Of a DNA stretch of 53,090 nt, positions 18,746 to 28,644 are shown piece after piece. The position numbers and the translations under genes were made by a program. The stretch is from a virus. Taxonomy: Duplodnaviria > Caudoviricetes. The notes beneath the pieces are model-generated. The model was not told where the DNA came from. It worked only from the letters and a program-made list of their open reading frames with translations, and searched no databases. Numbering within the stretch: the first letter of the stretch is position 1; each line of letters begins with the position of its first letter. The stretch spans positions 1 to 53,090 of the IMG/VR virus record IMGVR_UViG_3300049454_000023. One strand, 5' to 3'.

Positions 18746-19077
18746 CAGCCGACCTCCCGCCGCATCGTGACTTCGCGTCCGCTTTCGTCGTCGACCCACT
18801 CCCAGGGGTCGGAGCGCTTGCCGGAGCCGTTGCAGTCCGGGCAGAGGACAGGGCGCTCGCCGTGTTCGGCTCCAACGGTGGTTGGTACCGAGCCTTCGCC
18901 CTCGCCCCCGCACCGCTCGCAGTCCTCGTCGAAGTCGGAGAGGATGCTGTCGGCATCGTGACCGATTAAGTCTTCCATTCGCAACACCGCCTCCTCTAGG
19001 GTCAGGTGTCGGTATTCCTCTTCGCGATCTAGATAAGGAAAGCAGTCGATGATGCGGTAGAGGGTCGGGGCGGTCAT
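18745..19077 (-). CDS. DnaJ-like zinc-finger protein
   Basis: CERCGGEG...CPDCNGSG. Confidence 0.65.
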   Translation of the reverse strand: MTAPTLYRIIDCFPYLDREEEYRHLTLEEAVLRMEDLIGHDADSILSDFDEDCERCGGEGEGSVPTTVGAEHGERPVLCPDCNGSGKRSDPWEWVDDESGREVTMRREVG

Positions 19078-19301
19078 CGGCCGCCCTTGATGTTGGCGAT
19101 CAGCAAGGAGAAGCCGTCGGCAGGCTCGGTTCCCCAACGGTGAAGGGTGCCTTTCAGTGGCCCGTCGATGCCGTCGATCTTGACCTCAACGGTAGTAGGG
19201 CCATCGGCGATTGCGTCTTCAATCGCGGGCATATCGACGCCTTTCTCCCACATCATCTGCTGGAGATGCCGCCGATCATCCCACCATGGGTGCCTTGGCA
19301 T
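19074..19301 (-). CDS. Hypothetical protein
   Basis: Operon context. Confidence 0.55.
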   Translation of the reverse strand: MPRHPWWDDRRHLQQMMWEKGVDMPAIEDAIADGPTTVEVKIDGIDGPLKGTLHRWGTEPADGFSLLIANIKGGR

Positions 19302-19306
19302 CCCGC

Positions 19307-19501
19307 TCAGTCCTTCGGCCGCGTGGCGGCGATGTAGTCGCGCTGGCTGATCGCCTCGACGGTAAGGCAGCTATAGAGGTTGCCCGCCAAGATCCCTGCG
19401 ACACGCTGGCCCATGTTCGCGGGACCAGCGCACTGCTCGTATCTCGTGCTCGTCATCCTCGGCACCGCGCGGGTCGTCTTCGTGATCTTGAAGTAGAACA
19501 T
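19307..19501 (-). CDS. Hypothetical protein
   Basis: TGATG coupling. Confidence 0.5.
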   Translation of the reverse strand: MFYFKITKTTRAVPRMTSTRYEQCAGPANMGQRVAGILAGNLYSCLTVEAISQRDYIAATRPKD

Positions 19502-19824
19502 CAGCCGCGCCAGCCCAGCCCGTCGGCCAGGAAGGAGGTGACGATCTTCTCATCGACCACGGCCAACTCGATCCGGTCGCTGAGGTCGTCGTAGCTGCCC
19601 CACCGTTCGACGGCCTCAGCACGCTGCTCGACGGTGTCCTCGATCCGCTCCCTCATGGCCCTCTCGGCCGCGAGGATTACGTCGTCGTCATTGCCGGTCA
19701 GGGCGGCGGCGACGATTGATGCCTGGCGCAGCGGCACTCGGACCTCGATCGCGAAGCGGACCCAGCCGTCGCCCGTCTCTTCTACTGCGTTCATCGTGAC
19801 TCCCTTCGGTTGACTGCGGTTCAT
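19501..19824 (-). CDS. First gene of the early operon, hypothetical
   Basis: Leaderless ATG at 19824, or SD-led ATG at 19794 in the same frame. Confidence 0.65.
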   Translation of the reverse strand: MNRSQPKGVTMNAVEETGDGWVRFAIEVRVPLRQASIVAAALTGNDDDVILAAERAMRERIEDTVEQRAEAVERWGSYDDLSDRIELAVVDEKIVTSFLADGLGWRG

Positions 19825-19860
19825 GGCCACAGTCTATCGGAGTCGCTTGCGCTTTGTCAA
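19822..19860 (-). promoter_or_regulatory. Major early promoter with the 14-bp box
   Basis: TTGACA-AAGCGCAAGCGACTCCGA(18)-TAGACT-N6-ATGAACCG. Confidence 0.75.
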
Positions 19861-19926
19861 GGCGACAAAGAAACGACCCGACGCTAGCCGGGCCGCTGGG
19901 CGCTGCCTTTTGCGAAGCGGAAGGGG

Positions 19927-20247
19927 CTAGCCGTTGGGCGATTTAGGCGGCGCGCTGGGTGCGGCAGGCAGTCGGCTTATGACGGCCCCGACGATCAGGT
20001 CGAGCTTGTCGGAATCGATCCCGGTCGCCTTTGCGATCTCATATTTCCCTCGGTTGTGCAACCAGAGTCCGATGCCGCCTGCGATTGCGGCAACGCTGCT
20101 GACCACATAGGCCGTGGCCTCGGCGGGGTCGAGATCGTAGTTGAACCAGGCTTTCGCCTTGATCGCGATGAAGCCGCCGATCAAGGTCGCCAGGGGCAAG
20201 ACCAAGAAGGCCACCCACCGGCTGATGTTGGAGTTCTCAGGACTCAT
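19927..20247 (-). CDS. Holin (putative)
   Basis: Two TM helices; directly after the endolysin. Confidence 0.7.
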   Translation of the reverse strand: MSPENSNISRWVAFLVLPLATLIGGFIAIKAKAWFNYDLDPAEATAYVVSSVAAIAGGIGLWLHNRGKYEIAKATGIDSDKLDLIVGAVISRLPAAPSAPPKSPNG

Positions 20248-20254
20248 GCGTCTC

Positions 20255-21076
20255 CTATCCGTAGTGGGGGCGGGCCACAATGCCCGAGTCGAAGTCTGAG
20301 AGCGAGCGCGTGTTTTCGGCGACTTCGCCCCCGTTGGAAGCTTTGCCGCCGGCAGTCGTGTTCCCGCCGAGGCAACGCACTGAGCCGCCAGAGGGCCGCT
20401 CTGCGATGACCTCGATGTGCTGGCCGCCCCAGAGGCAGGCAATGTCTCCGGGTCGGGCCTGATCCGCAGGGATGGCGGTAAGGCCGTTCACGCCCGCGCG
20501 GGCGTCGGCGGTGATCAACCAGGCGGCGCCTAGCCTGATCCGGGTCGGGATGTTCGCGCCGCCGAGTTTGACAACGACCCAGCAGGCGAAGCACCCGCAC
20601 CAGAAGACAGCTTCGTCGTAACCCGTGAAGCGAATGAACTCCTCGACCTGCCCGCCCCAGTTGGAGCCCTCGGGCTGCTCCTTGACGCCGATCAGTTTGC
20701 GGCCTCGGGCGATTGCCTGCTCGCCGCCGCTCTTGTCGTAGCGCTTGCGGAGCATCTTGCGGAAGTCCTCGCGCTCGCGACCGGCCTTCTCCTCCTCCTC
20801 GGTGCGTTTGCGGCCCCGGATGAGGGCCTGCGTTCCTTCGCTGAGGATGTTGCGTTTGAGTTTGTCCTGCGCCTCGCCGGTAACGCCCAGGCAAAGCGCG
20901 ATCTCATCGGCCCCGTCGAAGGTCTGCTTGCCGAAGTTGCCGTCCTTGGCGATCTGGCGGTCGATCTTTAGGTGCCGGTACTGCTCGTTGACCTGGCCCT
21001 GTAGCACCCCGATATCGGGGCCGTACTCCTGCGGGGAGGCGAGTGCGAGGCGACGGTGAACTTTCTCTGAAGGCAT
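20255..21076 (-). CDS. Endolysin: peptidoglycan-binding domain plus CHAP-like amidase
   Basis: G.DI..LQ...DG.FG..T binding motif; GVKE.P.GSN, WCGCFACW, HIEV and GGNT catalytic motifs; leaderless TAGACT-N7-ATG. Confidence 0.85.
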   Translation of the reverse strand: MPSEKVHRRLALASPQEYGPDIGVLQGQVNEQYRHLKIDRQIAKDGNFGKQTFDGADEIALCLGVTGEAQDKLKRNILSEGTQALIRGRKRTEEEEKAGREREDFRKMLRKRYDKSGGEQAIARGRKLIGVKEQPEGSNWGGQVEEFIRFTGYDEAVFWCGCFACWVVVKLGGANIPTRIRLGAAWLITADARAGVNGLTAIPADQARPGDIACLWGGQHIEVIAERPSGGSVRCLGGNTTAGGKASNGGEVAENTRSLSDFDSGIVARPHYG

Positions 21077-21308
21077 GGCCCGCAGTCTAGTCCCCGGTTC
21101 GGTCCCCCGGCGAGGGCATCTCGAAGAGCATCGAGACGAAGCGCGCCGGGATCGGAGCCGAGTCGGGATTCTCCAGCGGTGTCCTTCGTGTGGCGGGTCC
21201 GGCTTTCCTACGGGGGCCGGACCCGATGCATTTCGCAGCATTGTCGCAATTAGTGGGTACCCCCTGAGCATCATCGGCGAAGGGCAGTATGCTTTCGGCC
21301 CACAGTGA
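21075..21308 (+). CDS. Possible small zinc-finger protein (start uncertain)
   Basis: CPSCGGSG; GTGA coupling to the next gene. Confidence 0.35.
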   Translation: MARSLVPGSVPRRGHLEEHRDEARRDRSRVGILQRCPSCGGSGFPTGAGPDAFRSIVAISGYPLSIIGEGQYAFGPQ

Positions 21309-21685
21309 ACGGCGACGACCTAGGTTTCGACGGCCTCCTCGCATCGTTGTCGGCATTGGGCGCCGATAGCCTGCTCACCCTCCCCGGCGTTGACGAGCCG
21401 ATTCGCGCGCCGGAGTACATGCGGCGAGCGCTGGATCTACTAGGGCGCGAGGGCTACGGGTTCGAGGACGCGTGGTCCTCGGCGATCAACCGGATTCAGG
21501 CCCCGCAAGGGGAGGGCGGCTTCATCGAAGACCCGGCCGTGGGCGCGCTGGTACTCGAAGAACGGGCGCTGCTCGAAGAGGATCGGCCACAGTGGCGGGC
21601 CGCCTATGAGCGCAGAGCGCCGACCACTCGGGAGCGGGCGCTATGCACGGTGCGAGCTTGGCGGCGACTCGACCACGCAGTATGA
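21305..21685 (+). CDS. Hypothetical protein
   Basis: ATGA-coupled to the HNH gene. Confidence 0.6.
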   Translation: MNGDDLGFDGLLASLSALGADSLLTLPGVDEPIRAPEYMRRALDLLGREGYGFEDAWSSAINRIQAPQGEGGFIEDPAVGALVLEERALLEEDRPQWRAAYERRAPTTRERALCTVRAWRRLDHAV

Positions 21686-22158
21686 GCACGGTACGGGGGA
21701 GCAAACTTCAGTGGTTTTGCGGAGTGGGAGAGGGGCTGCCGTGGGAGCCGGGGCTATGTGCTTGGTGCGGCCAGCGAATCGTCCTCGCCGATCCGACTGA
21801 CTATCGCCGCGCCAAGCGCACCCGCCACCGGGGCGATGAGCATGAGGTTGGCGGGGGCGACGGCTTCGATAACCCACGCGGCCGTAACTGCCAGCGCGAG
21901 TACATGCGCTCGACGGTTTGGAACGCTCGCGCCCTCGTCATCCTTCGGGGCGATCCGTGTTGCGTTGACTGCGGCGTGATCGACACCTACTGGGAAGCCG
22001 ACCACCGCATCCCGCTTTGCGACGGTGGCCCGCACGACCCGACCAATATCGAACGCCGCTGCGAGGACTGTCACCGCCGAAAGACCGCCGCCGAGGCAAG
22101 AGCGCGCCGACCCCAGGCGGCAGGGATCACGGGGCTGGCGGGGAAGCGAGCAGCGTGA
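21682..22158 (+). CDS. HNH endonuclease
   Basis: CVDCG...EADHRIPL.DGG.HD.TN....CEDCHRRKT. Confidence 0.85.
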   Translation: MSTVRGSKLQWFCGVGEGLPWEPGLCAWCGQRIVLADPTDYRRAKRTRHRGDEHEVGGGDGFDNPRGRNCQREYMRSTVWNARALVILRGDPCCVDCGVIDTYWEADHRIPLCDGGPHDPTNIERRCEDCHRRKTAAEARARRPQAAGITGLAGKRAA

Positions 22159-22748
22159 GCGGCAAGTACCGAACCATCGTCGCCGACCCGCCGTGGCCCT
22201 ATGATCTCGCGGGCACTGGGATCTTCGCTAGGGCGCCCAAGCTCGACGGCAACCCCTCGAACGCGGTGCAGGATACGGGTTACCCGCTGATGTCGGTGGG
22301 CGAGTTGTCTGCCCTGCAACCACCTGCGTCAGCCGACGCCCACCTCTACCTCTGGACGACCAATAGCTTCATGGTCGAGGCCCATGAGATCGCCCGAGCC
22401 TGGGGCTTCAAGCCAAAGACGATCCTGACCTGGGCGAAGACGCATCAGGACGATCGAGCACGGATCTCCATGAAGACGGGCTACTACTTCCGGGGTGCGA
22501 CCGAGCATTGCCTGTTTTGTGTGCGCGGATCGCTACCACTCCAGGTTGATGAGGGGTTGCCGACCGCCTATCTCTGGCCTCGGTTGGCCGAACATTCCGC
22601 CAAGCCTGACGCCTTCTACGATTTGGTCGAACGAGCTAGCCCCGGCCCCTATCTAGAGATGTTCGCTCGCCGTGCTCGACTCGGCGACTGGAACTACTGG
22701 GGTGATCAGAGCCTCGGGACCGCCGAGATGCCGACTGCTGCCGCATGA
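22155..22748 (+). CDS. MT-A70 family N6-adenine methyltransferase
   Basis: YRTIVADPPW, HLYLWTTN, WGF...TILTW.K, EHS.KP and YLEMFAR motifs. Confidence 0.9.
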   Translation: MSGKYRTIVADPPWPYDLAGTGIFARAPKLDGNPSNAVQDTGYPLMSVGELSALQPPASADAHLYLWTTNSFMVEAHEIARAWGFKPKTILTWAKTHQDDRARISMKTGYYFRGATEHCLFCVRGSLPLQVDEGLPTAYLWPRLAEHSAKPDAFYDLVERASPGPYLEMFARRARLGDWNYWGDQSLGTAEMPTAAA

Positions 22749-22825
22749 CTTTGCTCGCGCATCTCGCAGTCCTCGCCTTCGCTCTCGGCGCCGCCTGGTA
22801 CTTCGCCGGTCGCATCCTCGACTGA
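22745..22825 (+). CDS. Small membrane peptide (26 aa)
   Basis: MTLLAHLAVLAFALGAAWYFAGRILD; ATGA coupling. Confidence 0.45.
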   Translation: MTLLAHLAVLAFALGAAWYFAGRILD

Positions 22826-22883
22826 GAGGGGCCGTCAGACGCCGTATGCGGCGATCTGAGGGGGTTCGAGGGGCTACGGGAGG

Positions 22884-23516
22884 TCAGGGTTCGTAACTTC
22901 GGTACGACTGCCAGTCCGCGAATCCTTCTTTAACCGTTTTCCAAGTTGGGAATTCGAGGGATTTTTTGGCCTCGCCCCAGACCCACGCGACCCGTTCGTT
23001 GTAGAAGAGGACGATTCCGACCGGCTTTTGGTAGGCGACAATGTCGGCTTTCGTACCTTCGGGGTCGGGCGTCTCTCCTTCCAGCGTTTCGACCAGCAGC
23101 CGCCAAGCATTCAGGGTGTAGCGCTCCGTGACGAGAACCGTTTTCGTCCCCGTCAATCTCCGCTTCGCTACCGCTTCCAGCGAAGCGAGCCGCCCCCGAC
23201 TGAACGCCTCAGGGGTCTGAATTGCGGCTCGGCGAGCGGCCTCGTCCATCTCCGGGGTGAGAACCGCACCGTCGAACTGCGCAAGGTAGGGCAAGCACGC
23301 CTCGGGGCAAGTGGCCGGGTCGAACACGATCCCCCAGGCCGGGAGGTTCGTCACGTCGTCGATTAGCAGTTCGTGCAGGAGGTCGAGGCGACCAGCGGTT
23401 ATCGCCATACAGATCTTGAGCGATATCCAGTCCCGGTCTTCGTCTCCCTGTGAAAACGGCGGCGAGAGGGCATCGTAGATTTCGAGAGCCGCAGGGGATG
23501 CGTCAGGTTTTGACAT
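22884..23516 (-). CDS. Baseplate/tail protein, P2 gpI-like
   Basis: [16 protein letters not shown] and KPVG motifs; follows baseplate J. Confidence 0.7.
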   Translation of the reverse strand: MSKPDASPAALEIYDALSPPFSQGDEDRDWISLKICMAITAGRLDLLHELLIDDVTNLPAWGIVFDPATCPEACLPYLAQFDGAVLTPEMDEAARRAAIQTPEAFSRGRLASLEAVAKRRLTGTKTVLVTERYTLNAWRLLVETLEGETPDPEGTKADIVAYQKPVGIVLFYNERVAWVWGEAKKSLEFPTWKTVKEGFADWQSYRSYEP

Positions 23517-24051
23517 GTCGCCAAGTCACCCCCAGAATTACATTGCGGATCGTCTGGCTATGCACGCCGAACTCGCGCCCTAATTCCCTTTGCTCGCCAT
23601 GTTTGCCGGTAGCGCGTCGGCGAATCTCACGAACATCTTCAGCCGTGAGTTTTGCCTTCCCGTTGTCCTCGCCCCTCGCCAACTGATCTGGCCTTACGCG
23701 GCGCCAGTTGACGCCGTAATTGCGATGTTGCTTACCTGAGCAACTACGTCCCTTTGCCGCCCTATCCGCATTGTTTTCCGCCGCCGTCGCGGCAAACAGA
23801 TGCGCCGGATTCACGCAGCCGGGGTTATCGCAGCGGTGACAGATGCACGTTCCGTGGTAGCCCGCGCCCTTGGGGATCGGGCCGTAGGCCAATTCGTAGG
23901 CGAAACGGTGCGCAAAAATCCATTTGCCAACACAGATCCCTATCTGCCCGTACCCCTTGCGATCCCGATACGCCGTCCACGGCCAGCACTCGTCCTCGCC
24001 GCGCCGGTCAACCTTCTCCCAGAAACGTTCCTCTAGAGTCCTGCTCGGCAT
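23503..24051 (-). CDS. HNH homing endonuclease (free-standing)
   Basis: RFW.KVD...[35 protein letters not shown] plus HTH. Confidence 0.9.
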   Translation of the reverse strand: MPSRTLEERFWEKVDRRGEDECWPWTAYRDRKGYGQIGICVGKWIFAHRFAYELAYGPIPKGAGYHGTCICHRCDNPGCVNPAHLFAATAAENNADRAAKGRSCSGKQHRNYGVNWRRVRPDQLARGEDNGKAKLTAEDVREIRRRATGKHGEQRELGREFGVHSQTIRNVILGVTWRHVKT

Positions 24052-24133
24052 GAAGCGATCCCTTCGTGTCCGGCCCCGGAGCGTGGATGCGCTGCCGGGG
24101 CATTCTTGTACATGGACCGACATTCTAACCGCC

Positions 24134-25294
24134 CTAGGTGACGGTGATCGTATCGGCACGCGGTAGTGGAGCGACCCCCGTGAGAGCGATGTCAGCGGCT
24201 GCGAAGGCTTCCGCCGCGCGGCGCCATTTCAAGGTGCTGAAGTGTGAGACTCCCTCAGAATTATTAACCACAGCGGAAAGATCCTGGAAGCGCAGCGTGG
24301 TCGAGTTCACCCAGCTTGACGAATCGCCGGGGGGCTGCTGGCCGAACGTCGCAGGGTCGAGGAAATCTTCGATGGCCGCTTTAACGTTCGCCGCGACTTC
24401 GGCCTGGCTGAACCCCTGCATCGGGACGATCACGCCTTCTACGTCGATTTCGTTGTAGGTCGGGTCTCCCACCCAAAACACGTAGTTGACCTCGCGCTTT
24501 TCCTCCAGCAGCGCTTCGAGCGCTTCTTTCGCTTCGGCCGTGGCGGCTTCGCCTTCGTCGTCGGTGACGATCACGGTGGTGGTCTTCTCTTCTTCGTCTT
24601 CGGCGGTTTCGAGGTTGTAGTTGTCGAGCGCCAGCGCCCGCCCGATTCCTGGCACGTTCAGCGCGACGATCTCCACGTCTCGCGCGATCACCACGCCTTC
24701 GATGTAGGTCTGCATGGTCAGCGCTAGGCGGCCAAGGTAGGCGGCGGGGTCCTCGGCATCGGTCCCGCCCGACGAGGCGCCGACAATCGCGATATCGGTG
24801 ACGAAGAACAGGGCGTCGATCAGGATGCCTTCGCCTTCCAGGCCGTTGCCGTCGAGGCCCGATTCTATGGCTTCCAGCACGACCTCGCCCGCTTCGGTGA
24901 CTTTGGAGCCGGGATCGATAACCACGTCGGCCGTGACCAGGAAGCCGATCCGTTCGTCGCCTGAGCGCGCGATATCGACCTGAGTTCCCGCCTGGATCGT
25001 GTAGCCGGATTCGTCTTGCACGGTCCAGGTCGAGGCGACGGTCGCGCGGGTCGCTTCTTGGGGGACGACGTTGACGATGGTGCGGCCCCACTCGTTGAAA
25101 ATCGCTGCGTCTACGTTGGCCGCCAACTGGAGCAGCGGGAAGATGATGCGGTAAATCGTCGCCTGCGCCTGGATCGTCTCGTACTCGGCGAGCGCTGGGT
25201 CCCATCCTTCGATGAGCGCGGACATTTCCGCTGCCCACTCTTCGAGCATTTGTTGCGGGGTCGATTCGATCGGAAGGCGAACGAAGTCGGTCAC
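24134..25294 (-). CDS. Baseplate J/gp47-family wedge protein
   Basis: G..GN, GG.DAE....Y..R motifs; position after gp25. Confidence 0.85.
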   Translation of the reverse strand: MTDFVRLPIESTPQQMLEEWAAEMSALIEGWDPALAEYETIQAQATIYRIIFPLLQLAANVDAAIFNEWGRTIVNVVPQEATRATVASTWTVQDESGYTIQAGTQVDIARSGDERIGFLVTADVVIDPGSKVTEAGEVVLEAIESGLDGNGLEGEGILIDALFFVTDIAIVGASSGGTDAEDPAAYLGRLALTMQTYIEGVVIARDVEIVALNVPGIGRALALDNYNLETAEDEEEKTTTVIVTDDEGEAATAEAKEALEALLEEKREVNYVFWVGDPTYNEIDVEGVIVPMQGFSQAEVAANVKAAIEDFLDPATFGQQPPGDSSSWVNSTTLRFQDLSAVVNNSEGVSHFSTLKWRRAAEAFAAADIALTGVAPLPRADTITVT

Positions 25295-25542
25295 TAGAAA
25301 CCTTCCTCGGCAACGGCAGCGACAACCGCTTTCCGCAAGCGCTCGCCCAACTCACGTTCCGTGCTCTCAGCCCGTTCCAGGGCCTTATCGAGGCTGATCG
25401 CTTCGTTATCCCTACGGACGGGCGGTTCAGGCGGGCCGTAAAGGCAGAAGTCACAGAACTGGAAGCCGGTCGCGCATTGCGCTTGTGCGTCGGCGCAACT
25501 ACGCGGCCAATGGACGCACTGCGTCTCGGCAAGTTCAGCCAT
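25294..25542 (-). CDS. Cys-rich small protein inserted in the baseplate cluster
   Basis: CVHWPRSC...C...FCDFC; coupled on both sides. Confidence 0.5.
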   Translation of the reverse strand: MAELAETQCVHWPRSCADAQAQCATGFQFCDFCLYGPPEPPVRRDNEAISLDKALERAESTERELGERLRKAVVAAVAEEGF

Positions 25543-25850
25543 CAGGACGGCCCCACTTCGACCAGCACGCGCCCCGTCAGGTCTTCGATCTCCTGTTGCG
25601 TCTGCACACTTGCGCGGGGCTCGTAAGCGGAGATCTGCTCCAGCCATTCGTCAACGTCGACCGGCATCTGGTCGAACAGGCGACTCTCGACGCCGAAGTC
25701 AACGTCCTCGATTCGGCTACCGCGTTCGTAGCTGAGGATCGCGAAAACGCACGCCGCCACATTGTCCTGGCTGTCCTGCTCGACCAGCGCTAGGCGCCCG
25801 TTCTCTAGGCGGAGCGGGATTCGGAGCTTCGGGATAGTCGGGGTCGGCAT
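25542..25850 (-). CDS. Baseplate wedge gp25/gpW-like protein
   Basis: G.R....DFG...LFD...I..YEPR; leaderless promoter. Confidence 0.85.
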   Translation of the reverse strand: MPTPTIPKLRIPLRLENGRLALVEQDSQDNVAACVFAILSYERGSRIEDVDFGVESRLFDQMPVDVDEWLEQISAYEPRASVQTQQEIEDLTGRVLVEVGPS

Positions 25851-25869
25851 GTGCTCAGTCTAAGGCGGG

Positions 25870-28644
25870 CTAGCCGACCCTGATCGGAAGCACAGTCAGG
25901 ATGCGGTCAAAGAACGTCGCCGTGCCCCCAGAAGTCATGTAGTTCGCGACCAGCGCAGTTGAGGCCGCGAGTCCGGCCTTGCGCTTTTTCTTGAAGGTCG
26001 GGACCTGCGGCTGAAAGACGCCCGACGTGGTGATCTTGACCCCGTCGGCGTTGGTCGCGGCCGAGGCGCCGATTTTGTAGCTCATGCGCAAGTCTTTGCC
26101 CGCTTCGGTGTGAAACCAGGCGCAGCCAATCTCGACCCAGTAGTCGCCTTTCAGCGGCACCGTGACCGACGGCCCGGTGGTTTCTCCCGCTTCAATTGGT
26201 TCGTAGCTCGTTTTTTTGGTTGCGCCTTCGGCGGGTTTTTCCTCCTGGAGAGGCGGTCCGCCGACGTAGACCCACGGCGTTTCGCCAACACCGTCATAGG
26301 CAAAATCCCAGAGTCCAGCAGAGGTTTTGTATAGGCAACGGTCACCGACGACGGCTTCGGAAGTCGGCAGGGCTTCTACCAGGCCGAAGTCGCGGGGGCG
26401 AAGCTGCGTCCATTCATGTTCGGTGGTCCCCGGCGTTACCGATCCGGCCGGGGTGAAGATCGTGAACACGCGGCGCTTGTTGTGGGTGCCTTCGGCGACG
26501 TAGACGGTCGTGCCGCCTGAAAGCTCCCCAGCGGTGTCGGCGTCAGTGGCGCGGGTGGGAGTGACGCCGACGACCCAGATGCCATTTTCTTTTTTCGTCG
26601 TCTGATCCTTGACCAGGACGCGATCCCCGGTCGCCAGCGTAACGCCGTCGAGGGTGTCGGCGTTGTTCAACGCCGTGGCAATCGTGATGTTCGCGGTCGT
26701 CGCGGCGCGACACGACGCCTTCCAGTCTTCGGTCGAGGCGACTCCCGCAGGACCTTCTTTTCCTTCTTTGCCTTCGACCCCCGTTTCGCCTTTGGACCCC
26801 GTCGCACCGGTTTCCCCTTTGGCCCCGGTCGCGCCTTTTTCGCCCGTCGGGCCTGCCGATCCCGCCCCTGAGAGCACCGTGACCACATATTCGCTTGAGC
26901 CGGGGGCTACGTCGAATTCCACCGTGACGGCTTCAGTGGTCCCAGCAGTCGCGGTGAAGCCCGCCCAGACCGGCGCATAGGGACTCCCTGCCTGGCGCAC
27001 CCCGACCAGTACGTTGCGAGTGCCGAGGCCGTGCGTGATCGTGAAGCTGGTTTTTACCGTGTCGCCGATGGTCTGTGAGAACGCCCCGGCCGCTTCGCCT
27101 TTCGCGCCCTTTTCGGCGACCACTTCCCAGTATTCGGCGTTGGGCGGTTCGTGGTTCGTGCCCGCTTTGACGGCGATGTAGGAGGTGCCGTTGAGCCGTA
27201 CGAGATCGTTGATCGCGTAAGCGGTGAGGGCCGACCAGGCGCCGCGCCAGGTCGCCCCGGCCGGACCAGTCGGCCCCGTTTTTCCTTCCGGCCCGGTGGA
27301 CCCCGTTTCTCCTTTGGCCCCGGTGTCTCCTTTTTCCCCTTTCGCACCGGTTTCCCCTTTGGCCCCGGTCGCGCCCGTTTCCCCTTTGGAACCCGTTTCC
27401 CCTTTCGCACCCGCGTCGCCTTTAGCTCCTTTTTCCCCGGTCGCGCCTTTTTCCCCGGGAGGCCCTTCGGGTCCTTCTGGGCCGGTGCCGGGGACGACTT
27501 CGATGATCCCGCCGGAGTCAACCTTGTAGGTGACAGTCGGCGTCTCGGTCCAGTAGAAGTCTTCGGCGATTGCGCTGGTGGCCTTGATCCCTTTGATCGA
27601 CCACTCCCCCGTGTAGTGGGACTGGCAGAACCAGTTGGCTACGAGGACCGCCGTGGCCTGAATCTCTATCCCGGTGCAAGCTGATTCGTCGAAGTTCTCA
27701 AAGCCGAGATGGGATCGGACGCCCTGCATATCACCCGCGACCACAAACCCTTTCTGTGATTTCACCGTCCAGAAGATCACGCCGTCAAGAACAGAGCGAT
27801 AGAGGGTGCAACCGCTGGCGAGCACCATTCCCGTTCCGCACCCCGCCAACCCGACCTGCGTCATCGAGGTCTCCCCGAAGCTGTTGCCTGCGCCGGTCTT
27901 ACTGAATTCGATGCCGACGTTGCATTCGCTGACGTAGAGATGCTCAAGTCGCGTGAACTCGACCCACCCGGTGCCCTGAGCCTGCATCTCTACTCCACGA
28001 TTGCAGTGCGCGATTCGCATATCCCGTAGGGCGATGAAATCGGAGTTGACGATCTTGACCGCCGAGACGAACGCCTGAAACTGGCCGTCGATTTCGAGGC
28101 CATGAATTGACCAACCGGGAACTTCGCTGCCGTTTTCGGTTTCAACGTAGATACCGACCGTTTCTTTGTGAGGCAGCAGCTTTGCTCCGTAGCCCCAGAC
28201 CTGGCCGTGGACGTTGGCGAGGATCTGGAAGCTGCCGACGTACTCGCCAGGTGGGAAGAAGAGGACGCCGCCACCCGCCGCCTCCAGCGCCGCCCGCGCC
28301 GCCTGGAGGGCCGTGCTGTCATCAGCGATACCGTCGCCTAGCGCGCCGTAGTCCTTCACGTTGAAGATTTCCAGGCCGCTCGGTGGGGAAGTGTCACCAT
28401 TGGCGGGCCACCATGCTGCGACCCACGGCTCGGCCTCGTCGTCCACCACAACCAGGCATTCGTCGTCTTTGGCCGGGAGCGTTGCGCCGCGATATTCCCA
28501 CCGCCGAATCTCGAAGACGTGCAGCTCGTCGAAATCGGGGACCAGGACCGTGAAGGGATCGCCGAGTTCGGCGGGCGGGGTGACGACCACGCCGTGACGG
28601 GCAACCGGCAGGTCGGGGCCATCGGGTTCGGCAAGCAGCGCCAT
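25870..28644 (-). CDS. Spike/tail-fibre chimera: gpV-like N-terminus, pectate-lyase-like beta-helix, collagen repeats, fibre domains
   Basis: P..DDECLVV..PW; FNVKDYGALGDG..DD..ALQAA...LFFPPG.Y; Gly-X-Y runs; WKASCRAATTANI...DGVTLATGDRVLVKDQ. Confidence 0.8.
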   Translation of the reverse strand: MALLAEPDGPDLPVARHGVVVTPPAELGDPFTVLVPDFDELHVFEIRRWEYRGATLPAKDDECLVVVDDEAEPWVAAWWPANGDTSPPSGLEIFNVKDYGALGDGIADDSTALQAARAALEAAGGGVLFFPPGEYVGSFQILANVHGQVWGYGAKLLPHKETVGIYVETENGSEVPGWSIHGLEIDGQFQAFVSAVKIVNSDFIALRDMRIAHCNRGVEMQAQGTGWVEFTRLEHLYVSECNVGIEFSKTGAGNSFGETSMTQVGLAGCGTGMVLASGCTLYRSVLDGVIFWTVKSQKGFVVAGDMQGVRSHLGFENFDESACTGIEIQATAVLVANWFCQSHYTGEWSIKGIKATSAIAEDFYWTETPTVTYKVDSGGIIEVVPGTGPEGPEGPPGEKGATGEKGAKGDAGAKGETGSKGETGATGAKGETGAKGEKGDTGAKGETGSTGPEGKTGPTGPAGATWRGAWSALTAYAINDLVRLNGTSYIAVKAGTNHEPPNAEYWEVVAEKGAKGEAAGAFSQTIGDTVKTSFTITHGLGTRNVLVGVRQAGSPYAPVWAGFTATAGTTEAVTVEFDVAPGSSEYVVTVLSGAGSAGPTGEKGATGAKGETGATGSKGETGVEGKEGKEGPAGVASTEDWKASCRAATTANITIATALNNADTLDGVTLATGDRVLVKDQTTKKENGIWVVGVTPTRATDADTAGELSGGTTVYVAEGTHNKRRVFTIFTPAGSVTPGTTEHEWTQLRPRDFGLVEALPTSEAVVGDRCLYKTSAGLWDFAYDGVGETPWVYVGGPPLQEEKPAEGATKKTSYEPIEAGETTGPSVTVPLKGDYWVEIGCAWFHTEAGKDLRMSYKIGASAATNADGVKITTSGVFQPQVPTFKKKRKAGLAASTALVANYMTSGGTATFFDRILTVLPIRVG
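26741..26862 (-). repeat. Collagen-like Gly-X-Y repeat 2
   Basis: GSAGPTGEKGATGAKGETG... Confidence 0.9.
27252..27488 (-). repeat. Collagen-like Gly-X-Y repeat 1 (about 26 triplets)
   Basis: GPEGPEGPPGEKGATGEKGAKGD... Confidence 0.9.

Noticed and set aside
23503-24133. Group I intron around the HNH gene
   Set aside because: The flanking genes (baseplate J, gpI-like) look complete and there is too little non-coding sequence for an intron core.
26741-27488. Tandem DNA repeats as an array or DGR template/variable repeat
   Set aside because: Explained by collagen Gly-X-Y coding; no reverse transcriptase is present.
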